DNA from: an uncultured Deminuibacter sp.
GTDB taxonomy: Bacteria > Bacteroidota > Bacteroidia > Chitinophagales > Chitinophagaceae
Assembly: GCA_966424055.1 (NCBI GenBank)
Contig: CBJLMB010000013.1
Span: forward strand, 38,562-102,561
Direction: 5' to 3'
DNA: 64,000 nt
Below are positions 10,034-21,216 of the stretch, piece by piece (within the stretch, counting starts at the first letter, position 1; the number at the start of each line of letters is the position of its first letter). The notes beneath the pieces were generated by a model that saw only the letters and a program-made list of their open reading frames with translations, made no database searches and was not told the origin of the DNA. A program made the translations under genes and the position numbers.

Positions 10034-12475
10034 ATGATGAAAAAAAACTTTCTCCCGTTTTTGTTGCTGATGTGCTGCCAGATGATATATGCACAGGATG
10101 ATGTCCGGATGTTGTTTACCCAGCCCGCAAAGGATTTTCATTTTTCTTCCCCGCTGGGTAACGGGCGCCTGGGTGCCATGGTCTTCGGCGGTACAAACCG
10201 GGAACGTATTGTACTGAATGAAATATCTATGTGGAGTGGTGGTATACAGGATGCTGATGATGAAAATGCAGTACACTACCTGCCGCAGATCAGGCAATTG
10301 CTACTGGAAGGAAAAAATGCAGAGGCACAGCAGTTATTGCAGCAGCATTTTGTATGTAAAGGACCAGGATCAGGCTCTGGTAATGGCGCCAATGTAAAAT
10401 TCGGTTGCTACCAGACTTTGGGCGACCTGTATATTGATTGGGCTAAAAATGAACAGCCTGTACAAAACTATGAGCGGGTACTGCGGCTGGACAGTGCCTA
10501 TGGCCGTACCAGCTGGGTCAGGGAAGGTGTACGGTATACAGAAGAAGTGATCGTGTCTGCACCGCAGCAAGTGATTGCGATAAAACTGACAGCATCAAGA
10601 CCTGGTGCGCTTTCCTTTACTGCCAGCCTGTTCAGAAAAGAAAGGGTTGCTTATAAAGCCTGCCAGGGAAAGCTTTGTATGCAGGGTAGTTTAAACAGTG
10701 CAGGCGATGAGGGAATACAGTATGCAGCACTACTGGATGTATTGCCTGCCGGTGGAACCAAAACCGTGACCGACAGCAATATTGTGGTACGCAATGCAAC
10801 TGAATGTGTACTGCTGATCAGTGCTGCCACAGATATGAATTGGCCACATGTAGAACAAAGAGGTGCAGCACCGTTGCCGGTTGCCGCCGCTGCAATAAAA
10901 AAAGCAGCAGCTGTTCCCTGGAACAACCTGCTTGCAATGCATGTAAAAGATTACCAGTTTTATTTTAACCGCTGCCGCCTGCAGTTTGCCAGTGAGCCGG
11001 GCAGCAATACCGGGCAGCTGGATATGCTGGAGAGACTGAACCGTTTCAGGGAAGGCAGTACAGATCCGGCGCTGGTGAGCATGTATTTTAATTTCGGCCG
11101 CTACCTGCTGATCTCTTCTTCACGCCCTGGCGGAATGCCGGCTAACCTGCAGGGTTTATGGGCAGAGGAATACCAGACACCCTGGAATGGCGACTATCAT
11201 ACAGATATCAATGTGCAGATGAATTACTGGCCTGCAGAGGTGACCAATCTGTCCGATTGCCATCAGCCCATGTTCACCTTGTTAGAGCAGATGGCCCGCT
11301 ATGGCAGGCATACCGCGCAAACTTATTACCAGGCAAAAGGATGGGTAACACATCCCATCACAAATCCCTGGGGCTATACATCGCCTGGCGAAGGTGCTTC
11401 CTGGGGTTCTACTGTAACTGGTGGCATATGGGCTGCTACAGATCTGTGGCAACATTATGCATATACACAGGATAAAAAATTCCTGGCATCTGTATACCCC
11501 ATCATTAAAGGTGCTGCTGCATTTTTTACCAGCATTCTTATTGAAGAGCCTGCACACAAATGGCTGGTTACGGCACCTTCCAATTCGCCGGAGAATACTT
11601 TTATCATGGCCAACGGAAAGGAGGCTTCTACCTGTATGGGACCCACCATCGATATGCAGCTGGGCCGCGAAATATTGAAAGAAGCCGCTAATGCCGCAGC
11701 AGTATTACAGGTAGATAAAGCCTGGAGCGATAGTCTGCAGATGATCAGCCACCGGCTGGCGCCGGAGCAGATCAGTCCTTCAACCGGCGCCCTGCAGGAA
11801 TGGCTGGAGGATTACAAAGAAGCGGAACCCACACACCGGCATATATCACATAGCCTAGCATTGTATCCCTACGATGAAATTACACCCTGGGATACGCCGG
11901 AACTGGCCGCTGCAATGAAAACAACATTGCAGCGCCGGAATGTAGGTGGCAGCGGCTGGTCGCGCGTACTGCGTATGGCACTCTGGGCCCGCATGCAGGA
12001 TGGTGATGAAGCTTATTCGTTATTCCGCACACTGCTTATACCAGCTTCCGGTTTTGCTATTGATATGAATAAGGGGGCAGGCACTTATCCCAATTTATTT
12101 TGCGCACATCCGCCATTCCAGATCGATGGTAATTTCGGTGGCACTGCAGCCATTGCCGAAATGCTGATGCAAAGCCATGGCCGGAACAATACTATCCGGT
12201 TGCTACCGGCATTGCCTTCGGATGCATCGCTGCAAAACGGCGCTGTAAAAGGATTGCGGGCACGCAATGGTTTTGAGCTATCTTTCGGATGGAAAGCAGG
12301 AAAAGTGCAGGATGTGACCATCCGTTCATATAACGGGTTGCCCTGCTTTATCCTGATGAAAGATGCTACCGGTGTAAAGAGCAGTACCGGCAAAAATATT
12401 GCCTGTACGAAAGATAAAGATGGCGTACTGAACTTCAACACTACAGCCGGCGAGGTTTATCACATCATACAGTGA
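10034..12475 (+). CDS. Glycoside hydrolase family 95 (alpha-L-fucosidase / alpha-L-galactosidase type)
   Basis: It has a signal peptide and the GH95 N-terminal signature …[33 protein letters not shown]…. The ~810-aa size and an (α/α)6 catalytic region (…[29 protein letters not shown]) also fit. Confidence 0.85.
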   Translation: MMKKNFLPFLLLMCCQMIYAQDDVRMLFTQPAKDFHFSSPLGNGRLGAMVFGGTNRERIVLNEISMWSGGIQDADDENAVHYLPQIRQLLLEGKNAEAQQLLQQHFVCKGPGSGSGNGANVKFGCYQTLGDLYIDWAKNEQPVQNYERVLRLDSAYGRTSWVREGVRYTEEVIVSAPQQVIAIKLTASRPGALSFTASLFRKERVAYKACQGKLCMQGSLNSAGDEGIQYAALLDVLPAGGTKTVTDSNIVVRNATECVLLISAATDMNWPHVEQRGAAPLPVAAAAIKKAAAVPWNNLLAMHVKDYQFYFNRCRLQFASEPGSNTGQLDMLERLNRFREGSTDPALVSMYFNFGRYLLISSSRPGGMPANLQGLWAEEYQTPWNGDYHTDINVQMNYWPAEVTNLSDCHQPMFTLLEQMARYGRHTAQTYYQAKGWVTHPITNPWGYTSPGEGASWGSTVTGGIWAATDLWQHYAYTQDKKFLASVYPIIKGAAAFFTSILIEEPAHKWLVTAPSNSPENTFIMANGKEASTCMGPTIDMQLGREILKEAANAAAVLQVDKAWSDSLQMISHRLAPEQISPSTGALQEWLEDYKEAEPTHRHISHSLALYPYDEITPWDTPELAAAMKTTLQRRNVGGSGWSRVLRMALWARMQDGDEAYSLFRTLLIPASGFAIDMNKGAGTYPNLFCAHPPFQIDGNFGGTAAIAEMLMQSHGRNNTIRLLPALPSDASLQNGAVKGLRARNGFELSFGWKAGKVQDVTIRSYNGLPCFILMKDATGVKSSTGKNIACTKDKDGVLNFNTTAGEVYHIIQ

Positions 12476-12485
12476 TCGGCCTTAG

Positions 12486-12700
12486 TCCTCAGTAGGCAGT
12501 TCTCAGTCCTCAGTCGGCGGGGGGAGGAGTAGATCGCAGTAGCAGATGGCGGAAAGTACCGATTGCAGCAGGACAGTGAACCATTACCAGCCGGCGGGTA
12601 CAATACCAGCGTTAGAATCAGCGCAATGCACAATCCATTGCTTCCCACAAATTGCCCACTGCCTACTGCAGACTGAGAACCGCCTACTGCCAACTGAACA
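12486..12700. repeat. Long inverted repeat (arms of about 20 bp; left arm 12490-12508 CAGTAGGCAGTTCTCAGTC, right arm 12668-12689 GCAGACTGAGAACCGCCTACTG) enclosing a ~160-bp loop, between convergent genes
   Basis: Read directly from the sequence. TCCTCAGT is duplicated on the left and GCCTACTG on the right. The right arm ends in CTGCCAACTGAAC, the same motif as the repeats at 28235-28286. Confidence 0.55.
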
Positions 12701-12705
12701 CCGCT

Positions 12706-13719
12706 TCACCTTCTCTCCGTAGATCCCCGTTTAACCAGCACTGAAGGCAGTACCCTGTTCTCTTCCCGTAAATTAAAGCGGGGTTTTTCCAGCGCGCTGA
12801 ACAACAGGCTCGCTGCGGCTTTACCCATTTCATAAGCCGGCTGGGTAATGGTAGTGAGGGAGGGATTCAATAAGGCCGCTGTTTTCATATTCGAGAAACC
12901 AACCACTTTTATATCTGATGGTATCTGCAGGCCAAGATCCTGTGAGATGCTGTAGGTGAGGGTTGCCAGTTTCTCCACGGAGCCGATAATACCATCAGGC
13001 CTTTCATTGCTGTTCAGTAAGGCCTGGATCAACTGGTATGCTTCGGCTTCATCTGCAGGGCAATGCACCAGGCAATGCTGGTTGTATTGCTCACCGGCAT
13101 CTGCCAGTGCATGACAGAAGCCCTGTACCCGGTTTTGAATAATGGAAAGGTTTTTACCAATGGAGAGAAAAGCTATTTTTTTACAGCCCGATTCCAGCAA
13201 ATGCGCAGTGGCTTTATAACCGGAAGCCTGGTCATCTGTTTGAACTTTGGCGGCTGTTACATCAGGACAAACCCTGTCGAAGAAAACCAGTGGCATCTGG
13301 TTACCGCACAATTCCTGTATATGCTGATGATTATCGGTTTCCTGCGAAACAGATAGCAGTACGCCATCTACCCGGCCATTCCTGAAATCGCGCAGAATAG
13401 ATTGCTCCATGTGAAGGTCTTCATGTGTGAGATAAATGAGTACATGAAATCCTTTTTCTTTGGCAACCGATTCAATGCCATTGATCGATAAAGAAAAAAA
13501 ACTATCGGCGACTTCAGGTACCACTACTGCAATGGTTTTACTGCTTCTTTTACGAAGACTGCTGGCATAAGGGTTGGGAGTGTAGTTCAAACGACGCGCC
13601 AGGTCAATCACACGTTGCTTTGTTTCGGGGCTGATTTCATAACTATCCTTCAATGCTTTGGAGATGGTGGCTTTAGATAGCTGCAACTCCCTGGCAAGAT
13701 CATTTATTTTCACACTCAT
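12706..13719 (-). CDS. LacI family transcriptional regulator
   Basis: The N-terminal HTH is MSVKINDLARELQLSKATISKALKDSYEISPETKQRVIDLARRLNYTPN, followed by a periplasmic-binding-protein-like sugar-binding domain. Confidence 0.9.
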   Translation of the reverse strand: MSVKINDLARELQLSKATISKALKDSYEISPETKQRVIDLARRLNYTPNPYASSLRKRSSKTIAVVVPEVADSFFSLSINGIESVAKEKGFHVLIYLTHEDLHMEQSILRDFRNGRVDGVLLSVSQETDNHQHIQELCGNQMPLVFFDRVCPDVTAAKVQTDDQASGYKATAHLLESGCKKIAFLSIGKNLSIIQNRVQGFCHALADAGEQYNQHCLVHCPADEAEAYQLIQALLNSNERPDGIIGSVEKLATLTYSISQDLGLQIPSDIKVVGFSNMKTAALLNPSLTTITQPAYEMGKAAASLLFSALEKPRFNLREENRVLPSVLVKRGSTERR

Positions 13720-13747
13720 CCATGGTTGATTAAAAGTTGGGCGTACC

Positions 13748-13767
13748 GGCGTTACGAAACCGGTTTC
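13748..13767. promoter_or_regulatory. Near-perfect palindrome ACGAAACCGGTTTCGCAA; candidate LacI-family operator upstream of the lacI-family gene and the SusC operon
   Basis: A 14-bp perfect dyad CGAAACCGGTTTCG lies 30-45 bp upstream of the LacI-family start. The symmetry resembles LacI/GalR-type operators (…AAnCGnTT…). Confidence 0.45.
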
Positions 13768-14139
13768 GCAAATAAAACTATTTTATAGCGTTCATTTAAC
13801 ACTTAAAATTATCATTTTAGTACCTGCATAAAAATGTAGGATTGTTTGAATAAGATAAACTTAATACCGATCTGCTGCCATCTTTTTTTATTAAGTGTCT
13901 ATACTACAATTTTACATTTGAACAATATTAAGATTTTAAACGACATGAAAAACCAGGTGAAGTATAATATATTGGTTTTTAATATGTAATGCTGTTGAGT
14001 TGTGTCCGTTCTACCATTAACGGATACTTAATTGAAATAATTGCTATATGAGAGTATCAGCCAGATGTACCCTGCCGCCTGAACCAGACAGGTGGTTGCT
14101 TTCTCTTTTTCCTGTTCATCGTTTGTATTCATGTAATCA

Positions 14140-14146
14140 TAGTTTG
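14140..14146 (+). promoter_or_regulatory. Bacteroidetes-type -7 promoter element TAGTTTG upstream of the SusC gene
   Basis: TAnnTTTG-like motif (TAGTTTGCC) about 63 nt upstream of the SusC ATG, inside a long AT-rich intergenic region (13720-14209). Confidence 0.35.
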
Positions 14147-14209
14147 CCAAAAGGATTTTGCACAGGCGCACCTGTTGCAATTGCTTGTTAAAAATAAACT
14201 GCATCCATT

Positions 14210-17200
14210 ATGAGATCTTTTTTCAAAAACTTACAAGGGAATTGTTTCCTGTTTGTACTACTGGGCTGTTTGCTGCCATTGCTTTCCACAGCACAAGACC
14301 AGCATACAAGAGAAATCAGGGGGCTGGTTACTGATTCTTCCGGCAAACCGCTGCCCGGTATAACCATCCGGATAAAACGTACAGGACAGTCGAAAGCCAC
14401 CGAAGCTGATGGCTCATTCCGCATTACTGCACAAAATGGTGATGTGCTTAGTTTTTCAGCACTGTCGTACACAACAACCGATATAACGGTAGGCAGCGCA
14501 TCCATTTACACGGTTGTACTGCACGATGCAACCGCCGCACAGCTGGGTGATGTGGTAGTGGTGGGTTACGGAAAAAGCACCCGGAAAAACCTGACAAGTG
14601 CCATCAGCTCGGTTAAAGGGGAAGACCTGAACAGGGGCGCTATCAGTGATGTAGGCCAGCTGCTGCAGGGAAAGGTACCGGGTTTGAACATATCGGCCAG
14701 CGGCGATCCCAACCGCCCTTCGGCAGTGGTGCTGCGTGGTGCATCAACACTCAATAGCTCACAGTCTCCTTTTTATGTAATAGATGGTATCCCCGGTGCG
14801 GATATTTCTGTGATCGCCCCTGATGATGTGGCTTCTATCGATGTGCTCAAAGATGCTGCCGCCACCGCTATTTACGGTAACCGCGCCGCCAATGGCGTTA
14901 TTATCGTTACTACCAAGCGTGGTAAAAAAGGACAGCTGCAGGTTGCTTACAGTGGTTATGTGGGATTAGAAAAGGTATCACGCAAACTGCCCATGATGGA
15001 TGCCGGAGAGCTAAGGGCTTTTCTTTCTAAAAATAGTCTTTCTTTTTCACCCAATGATGATAAAGGAGCCAATACCAACTGGCAAAGCGAAGTGGAGCGA
15101 AACGCAGCCGTATCACACAATCACAATCTTTCATTCAGCGGTGGTACAGAGCATAATAATTACAGCGCCAGCATCAACTATTTCGATAAGCAGGGTATCA
15201 TCAACCTGAGTGGTTTGAAAAGAGTGATCGCAAGACTGGCCGTAGAGCAGTATGCATTTAACGATAAGGTGAAATTCGGTTTAACCGTCACCAACTCGAA
15301 CAGTGATGCACAAAACGTTCCGTTGCGCAATGCTGTGCTGCTGCAAATGATCAATCGCCTGCCGGTATCACCGGTGAAAAATGCAGACGGCTCTTATTTT
15401 GAAAATTTTACGAATACCGGTTATTTTAACCCGGTGGCCATGATTCATCATGCACAGGACAATACTAAAACCAATAACCTGGTAGGTAGCTTTACTGCAC
15501 AGGTAAAACTGCCATTCGGCCTTACCTACGATCTTAACCTGGCCTACCAGCAGTCCAATACACTGCATGGTGAATTTTACGACAGCTATTATACTCAATA
15601 CAACAGCAGCAATTTTTACAACAATCCCGATCCACCTGCCGTACATACCCTGGTGAACTTTGGCACCAACGGATCGGCGCTGCGCAACAGTTACCAGAAC
15701 ACCAACAAAATACTGGAAACCTTTTTCACCTGGAACCGGTCTTTTGGTGCGCATTCGGTAAATGCGGTACTGGGATATTCCTGGCAGGGTAACACACTGG
15801 GGGATGGGTTCCAGGCCACCAGTACCAATTTCCCGGTAGACAATGTGAGCTATAATAACCTGGGGCTGGGTAATCCTTATGCCATCTCTTCTTACAGGAT
15901 CGATTTTGGGCCCGATAATTACCAGGAAACCCGTTTGATCTCTGATTTTGCCCGGTTGAACTACAATTACAAAGATAAATACCTGCTGCAGGGCTCCATC
16001 CGCCGCGATGGTGGTTCGGTGTTTGGTAAAAACCACCAATGGGGTTATTTCCCTTCAGTAGGTATCGCCTGGCGTATGATCCAGGAAGATTTTATGCGCC
16101 GTCAACAATTGTTCAGCGATCTGAAACTGCGCGCGAGCTATGGTGTTACGGGTAATGCCACTGGCTTTAATGCCTATACTGCACAGCAAATATCAGGTGC
16201 CCTGGGTAGTTTTTATTACAATGGTGTGCAGATGGCCGCTTATGGACCAACACAGGCTTCCAACCCAGACCTGCAATGGGAAAAAACAGCAACCACCAAT
16301 GTGGGTGTTGATTTCTCATTGCTGAAAAACAGGTTGAGCGCTACCCTGGAATGGTACAACAAAAAAACAACAGGTATGATCTATTCCTACCGGGCAGACC
16401 CGATACTGGTTCCGGTTGGCAGCATCGTTGCAAATGGTGGCAGTATGAAGAACACCGGTATTGAAATTAGTATCACTGCAGCTCCGATACAGAACGCCCG
16501 CTTCAGCTGGACCACATCGCTCAACCTGGCACATAATAAAAACACCATTCTCAGCCTGAACAACCCGCTGTTTTCCGGTGGCGATTCCATTCGTTTATCC
16601 GATCCCGAAGGGGCCGGGCAAACCAACAGCACTTTGCAGATTTTAAAATCCGGTAAACCATTGGGGCAGTTCTTTTCATTGCAGTATGCCGGGAAAAATG
16701 CCAATGGCGTTTCCCAGTATGTTGCCGCCGACGGCAGCTTAACCACAACACCTTCAATTGGTATGGATTATCATTATCTCGGTAATGCGCAGCCTACCTG
16801 GTTACTGGGCTGGTCGAACAGTTTACGTTACCGCAATTTCGACTTGAATATTTTTATGCGCGGCGTACTCGGCAATAAAATATTCAATGCAACAAGGGCC
16901 GACCTGTTCAGGCCTGGTACAGCACAATACACCAATATCCTGAAAGAAGTGGCGGGTGAATCGATCAATGATGGCAATGCCTATAAATACTCCAGCAGGT
17001 TTATCGAAAACGGCAGCTACCTGCGGATGGATAATGCCACGCTGGGCTATACTATTAAAAAAATAGGCACTTATATCAAAAGCCTGCGCCTGTATACTTC
17101 TGTGAACAATCTTTTTGTTATTACAGGATATAAAGGAATAGACCCGGAGATTAACCAGGGCGGCATTGCACCAGGCGTGGATGCCAATAATTTCTATCCC

Positions 17201-17242
17201 AAAACCCGCACGTTTATGCTGGGAGCCAATGTGTCATTTTAA
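14210..17242 (+). CDS. SusC/RagA family TonB-linked outer membrane protein
   Basis: It has a signal peptide, a carboxypeptidase-regulatory-like domain, the TonB-box-proximal DVVVVGYG and a plug domain. The beta-barrel ends with the SusC-type C-terminus …NNLFVITGYKGIDPEINQGG…YPKTRTFMLGANVSF. It is immediately followed by SusD. Confidence 0.9.
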   Translation: MRSFFKNLQGNCFLFVLLGCLLPLLSTAQDQHTREIRGLVTDSSGKPLPGITIRIKRTGQSKATEADGSFRITAQNGDVLSFSALSYTTTDITVGSASIYTVVLHDATAAQLGDVVVVGYGKSTRKNLTSAISSVKGEDLNRGAISDVGQLLQGKVPGLNISASGDPNRPSAVVLRGASTLNSSQSPFYVIDGIPGADISVIAPDDVASIDVLKDAAATAIYGNRAANGVIIVTTKRGKKGQLQVAYSGYVGLEKVSRKLPMMDAGELRAFLSKNSLSFSPNDDKGANTNWQSEVERNAAVSHNHNLSFSGGTEHNNYSASINYFDKQGIINLSGLKRVIARLAVEQYAFNDKVKFGLTVTNSNSDAQNVPLRNAVLLQMINRLPVSPVKNADGSYFENFTNTGYFNPVAMIHHAQDNTKTNNLVGSFTAQVKLPFGLTYDLNLAYQQSNTLHGEFYDSYYTQYNSSNFYNNPDPPAVHTLVNFGTNGSALRNSYQNTNKILETFFTWNRSFGAHSVNAVLGYSWQGNTLGDGFQATSTNFPVDNVSYNNLGLGNPYAISSYRIDFGPDNYQETRLISDFARLNYNYKDKYLLQGSIRRDGGSVFGKNHQWGYFPSVGIAWRMIQEDFMRRQQLFSDLKLRASYGVTGNATGFNAYTAQQISGALGSFYYNGVQMAAYGPTQASNPDLQWEKTATTNVGVDFSLLKNRLSATLEWYNKKTTGMIYSYRADPILVPVGSIVANGGSMKNTGIEISITAAPIQNARFSWTTSLNLAHNKNTILSLNNPLFSGGDSIRLSDPEGAGQTNSTLQILKSGKPLGQFFSLQYAGKNANGVSQYVAADGSLTTTPSIGMDYHYLGNAQPTWLLGWSNSLRYRNFDLNIFMRGVLGNKIFNATRADLFRPGTAQYTNILKEVAGESINDGNAYKYSSRFIENGSYLRMDNATLGYTIKKIGTYIKSLRLYTSVNNLFVITGYKGIDPEINQGGIAPGVDANNFYPKTRTFMLGANVSF

Positions 17243-17264
17243 ACCTAACGATTAAATCTTTAGT

Positions 17265-18881
17265 ATGAAAAGAATATTTCCCTGTACCGGCTGCTGGATA
17301 TTGCTGCTGCTTGTGTTTACTGCCTGTCATAAGCTGGATGTGCCGGTTAAAACCGAGCTTACACCTGAAGTGTTTCCACAAAACCCATCACAGTTTATCC
17401 AGGCTTCCGGCCCGGTATATGTGGCTTTCAGGGGCAATTTTTCATTGGACTACTGGTTCATGCAATCACTGAGCACTGATGAAGCTATCCTTCCTGCAAG
17501 AGGCGGTAACTGGTACGATGGACAGAATTATGCCATGCTGCATTACCACAACTGGACAAAAGACCATGGATGGACCAACGGCTGCTGGAACTATTTCTCT
17601 ACAGTGATCGGCACTGCCAACCAGGCGCTTTCTGTACTGAACCAGACAATGCCGGCAGGCGCAGCAAAGCAGGCTGGTCTTGCAGAACTAAGGATGATGC
17701 GGGCCCTCAGCTACTACCTGATGATGGATCTATATGGCAACCTTCCAATAGATACGGTTTACGGTGAGTTTAAACCCCAGGTTAATATGCCGCGTACACA
17801 GGTGTTCAGTTTTATTGAATCGGAAGTGAAAGCCTGCCTGCCTTACCTGGACCCCTCAACAGGTGTGGCCACTTATGGACGGGCCAATAGATACACCGCA
17901 TTTGCTTTGCTGGCTAAAATGTACCTGAACGCAGAATATTATACCGGCACCCCCCGCTACAATGATTGTATCGTGGCCTGCGACAGTGTGATCAATTCAG
18001 GAAAATATGCGCTGGAACCGCGCAGCAGTTACCTGAAAATGTTTTATCCCGATAATGGTCCGCAGATGAAAGAATTCATTTTTGCGGTGCCATATGACCC
18101 ATCTGCTTCTACTGCGTATGGTTTAAATGGCTATATGTACCATGCGCGCTATGATGTGCCGCGTTCTGAAAGGGCAAAGTTCGGGTTGCCGTTTACACCC
18201 AGTGCCGCCGAAAGCACCCTGCCTGAATTTTATGCGCATTTCAATGATGCGAATGATATCCGCAATGGTCAGTGGTTAACCGGGCTGCAATACATGAACG
18301 ATGGCATTACTCCCGTTATGGTAACAACGACCAACCTTGGCTATAACCAGTTTTACACAGGTAATAACCCGGGTGCTGCCTATACCTACCAGGTAAATTT
18401 AACACCGGATGTACAGCTGCGGCAAAACCCATCGCTGTTCGACTGCGGTAATGATGAAATAGCCTGGAATATGGGATACCGGAACATTAAATTTTATCCG
18501 GACAATACATCCATTAACCGCAACCAGAACAATGATGTGCCTGTATTCAGGTATGCAGATATTTTACTGATGAAAGCCGAAGCGATACTGCGTGGCGGCA
18601 CACCCACCCAGGGACAAACTGCGCTATCACTGGTGAATCAGCTGCGGGCTGTACGCACCACGGCTGCCTCATGGAGCAGCCTCACCCTCGATTCAATATA
18701 TGAAGAAAGATGCCGCGAATTTGCCTGGGAAACCTGGCACCGGAATGATATGATCCGTTTTGGTAAATACGAAAACAAATGGGGCTTTAAAACGGATGCA
18801 GACCCGAATCATCGTATTTTTCCCATACCTACCAATGCAATAATGCTGAACCCGGCATTGAAACAGAACCCGGGCTACTGA
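17265..18881 (+). CDS. SusD/RagB family nutrient-binding outer membrane lipoprotein
   Basis: The lipoprotein signal has a Cys (…LLLLVFTACHKL). The ~540-aa TPR-like SusD fold, with the WxxxYxxxEA-type C-terminal region (…RCREFAWETWHRNDMIRFGKY), sits directly downstream of SusC. Confidence 0.9.
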   Translation: MKRIFPCTGCWILLLLVFTACHKLDVPVKTELTPEVFPQNPSQFIQASGPVYVAFRGNFSLDYWFMQSLSTDEAILPARGGNWYDGQNYAMLHYHNWTKDHGWTNGCWNYFSTVIGTANQALSVLNQTMPAGAAKQAGLAELRMMRALSYYLMMDLYGNLPIDTVYGEFKPQVNMPRTQVFSFIESEVKACLPYLDPSTGVATYGRANRYTAFALLAKMYLNAEYYTGTPRYNDCIVACDSVINSGKYALEPRSSYLKMFYPDNGPQMKEFIFAVPYDPSASTAYGLNGYMYHARYDVPRSERAKFGLPFTPSAAESTLPEFYAHFNDANDIRNGQWLTGLQYMNDGITPVMVTTTNLGYNQFYTGNNPGAAYTYQVNLTPDVQLRQNPSLFDCGNDEIAWNMGYRNIKFYPDNTSINRNQNNDVPVFRYADILLMKAEAILRGGTPTQGQTALSLVNQLRAVRTTAASWSSLTLDSIYEERCREFAWETWHRNDMIRFGKYENKWGFKTDADPNHRIFPIPTNAIMLNPALKQNPGY

Positions 18882-18979
18882 TTGAAGACCGGAATAAAAT
18901 GCCAACCTGTAGCCTGAATTGTCAACAGGCTGCAGGTTGGCCATTGGTGCAGGTGAATTCATGGATCAAATTAAAAGGT

Positions 18980-21178
18980 ATGAAACAATTCTTCTTGTTG
19001 TGTGGCTTTATTTCTTTGGTATCCGCAGCATCAGCACAGCTGAACACCGATGCTGCAAAAAAAATGTTGCAAAGAGTAGTGCCTGCACATGCAGCCGGTT
19101 TTGTGGTGGAAGCTTTGCCACAAGATGCAGGCCAGGATGTTTTTGAAATCGCCTCGCGAAGCGGCAAGATTGTTTTGCGTGGCAATAATGGTGTGGCAGT
19201 GGCATCGGCTTTGTATTATTATCTCAATGAATATTGTCATTGCCAGCTTACCTGGAATGGCGTTAATATGCAGCTACCCGCCAGGCTGCCTGTTGTAAAA
19301 ACACCCGTAAGGAAAAACACGGCTTACACTTACCGCTATTACCTCAATTACTGCACATTCAATTATAGCATGAGCTGGTGGGACTGGCCGCGCTGGGAAA
19401 AAGAGATCGACTGGATGGCACTGCATGGCATCAATATGCCGCTGGCAATAACAGGAGAGGAGTATACCTGGTATGAAGTGTATAAAGACATGGGCTTCAC
19501 TGATACAGACCTACAATCTTTTTTTTCAGGGCCTGCTTATTTTTCCTGGTTCTGGATGGGCAATCTTGACGCATGGGGTGGGCCGCTCCCGTTCAGCTGG
19601 ATGCAATCGCACCGGCTATTGCAACAAAAAATACTGCAGCGCGAAAGAGCGCTGGGTATGCATCCCGTACTGCCTGCATTTACAGGGCATGTGCCGGCAG
19701 CATTTAAAAAGAAATACCCGCAGGCTAGGTTGAAAGCAACCAACTGGAACAATGGTTTTGCTGATACATATATACTTGATGCCGCTGATCCGCTGTTTGC
19801 TGAGATCGGCAAACGGTTCCTGCAGAAACAAACTGCATTATTTGGTACAGATCATCTTTATTCGGCCGATACGTTCAATGAAAATGAACCCCCTTCTGAT
19901 GATCCTGATTTCCTTGCCAGGCTCAGTGCAAAAGTGTATGAAGGCATGCACAGTGCCGATACAGCAGCTGTATGGGTTATGCAGGGATGGTTGTTTTACA
20001 GCGACAAAAAATTCTGGAAAGCGCCGCAAACAGAAGCGCTGCTGAAAGCCGTGCCGGATAATAAAATGATCCTGCTCGATCTCGCAGCCGAAATAGAACC
20101 TGTATGGAAACGTACATCGGCATTTTACGGCAAACCCTGGATATGGAATATGCTGAACAATTTTGGCGGCAATACCAACTTGTTCGGCCGTATGGATGGC
20201 GTGGCCACCGGCCCTGCCGCAGCATGGAATGATCCCCGGAAAGGGCGTATGGCGGGTATAGGATTAACCATGGAAGGCATAGAACAAAACCCCGTGATAT
20301 ACGAGCTGATGACAGCGCATACCTGGCGTACAAACGAAATCAGCCTGGATGAATGGCTGCCTGCATACATCAGGAACCGCTATGGCGCTGCAGATACAGC
20401 CGCTATCAGGGCCTGGAAGGTATTGCATGCAACAGTATATAATGGACGCCGCATACGTGACGGTGCCGAATCCATCCTTCAGGCAAGGCCCACTTTTGAT
20501 TCGCTTACACAGTGGACAAAAACCACGCTCAATTATGCTGCTGAAGACCTGCTGCCTGCCTGGGATGCCTTGCTGCAGGCTGCAGACCACTGTGGCAGCT
20601 ATGATGGCTACCGCTTCGACCTGGTAGATCTTACACGGCAGGTGCTGGCCAATTATGCACTTCCCTTACAGCGTAAATGGGTAGCCGCTTACCACAACAA
20701 TGATACAGCTGCTTTTGATCGTTATAGTACTGCTTTTATTCAGTTGATAGATGACATGGACCAACTGCTCGCCACCCGCAAAGATTTTTTGCTGGGCAGC
20801 TGGATCGCAGATGCCCGCCGTTGCGGAACCACACCGGCAGAGAAAAACCTCTATGAAAAAAACGCCCGTAACCTTATTACCCTTTGGGGCGATGCAGCCA
20901 GCCCGCTGCATGAATATGCCTGCCGGCAATGGAGCGGACTATTCTCCTCTTTTTATAAACCCCGGTGGCAACAGTTCTTTACCCTATTAACGGTTGCATT
21001 GCGCAGCGCCGCCAAACCCGATCTGGACGGCTTCAAACAACAGGTAGCGCAATGGGAATGGCAATGGGTTAACAGGCGCGAAGATTACCCGGTTACACCA
21101 TCGGGTGATGAAGTGGAAACAGTGCGCCGCCTGTACCACAAATACAGGGAGCACGTGGCTGCAGCATATAGTAACTGA
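18980..21178 (+). CDS. Alpha-N-acetylglucosaminidase (GH89, NAGLU family)
   Basis: Signal peptide MKQFFLLCGFISLVSAASAQ. The central TIM barrel matches NAGLU (…YYLNYCTFNYSMSWWDWPRWEKEIDWMALHGINMPLAITGEEYTWYEVY…). The tripartite N/TIM/C architecture and ~730-aa size also fit. Confidence 0.85.
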   Translation: MKQFFLLCGFISLVSAASAQLNTDAAKKMLQRVVPAHAAGFVVEALPQDAGQDVFEIASRSGKIVLRGNNGVAVASALYYYLNEYCHCQLTWNGVNMQLPARLPVVKTPVRKNTAYTYRYYLNYCTFNYSMSWWDWPRWEKEIDWMALHGINMPLAITGEEYTWYEVYKDMGFTDTDLQSFFSGPAYFSWFWMGNLDAWGGPLPFSWMQSHRLLQQKILQRERALGMHPVLPAFTGHVPAAFKKKYPQARLKATNWNNGFADTYILDAADPLFAEIGKRFLQKQTALFGTDHLYSADTFNENEPPSDDPDFLARLSAKVYEGMHSADTAAVWVMQGWLFYSDKKFWKAPQTEALLKAVPDNKMILLDLAAEIEPVWKRTSAFYGKPWIWNMLNNFGGNTNLFGRMDGVATGPAAAWNDPRKGRMAGIGLTMEGIEQNPVIYELMTAHTWRTNEISLDEWLPAYIRNRYGAADTAAIRAWKVLHATVYNGRRIRDGAESILQARPTFDSLTQWTKTTLNYAAEDLLPAWDALLQAADHCGSYDGYRFDLVDLTRQVLANYALPLQRKWVAAYHNNDTAAFDRYSTAFIQLIDDMDQLLATRKDFLLGSWIADARRCGTTPAEKNLYEKNARNLITLWGDAASPLHEYACRQWSGLFSSFYKPRWQQFFTLLTVALRSAAKPDLDGFKQQVAQWEWQWVNRREDYPVTPSGDEVETVRRLYHKYREHVAAAYSN

Positions 21179-21216
21179 TATAAATTATTAAATCATTCAT
21201 CCAGTTTATCACAAAT

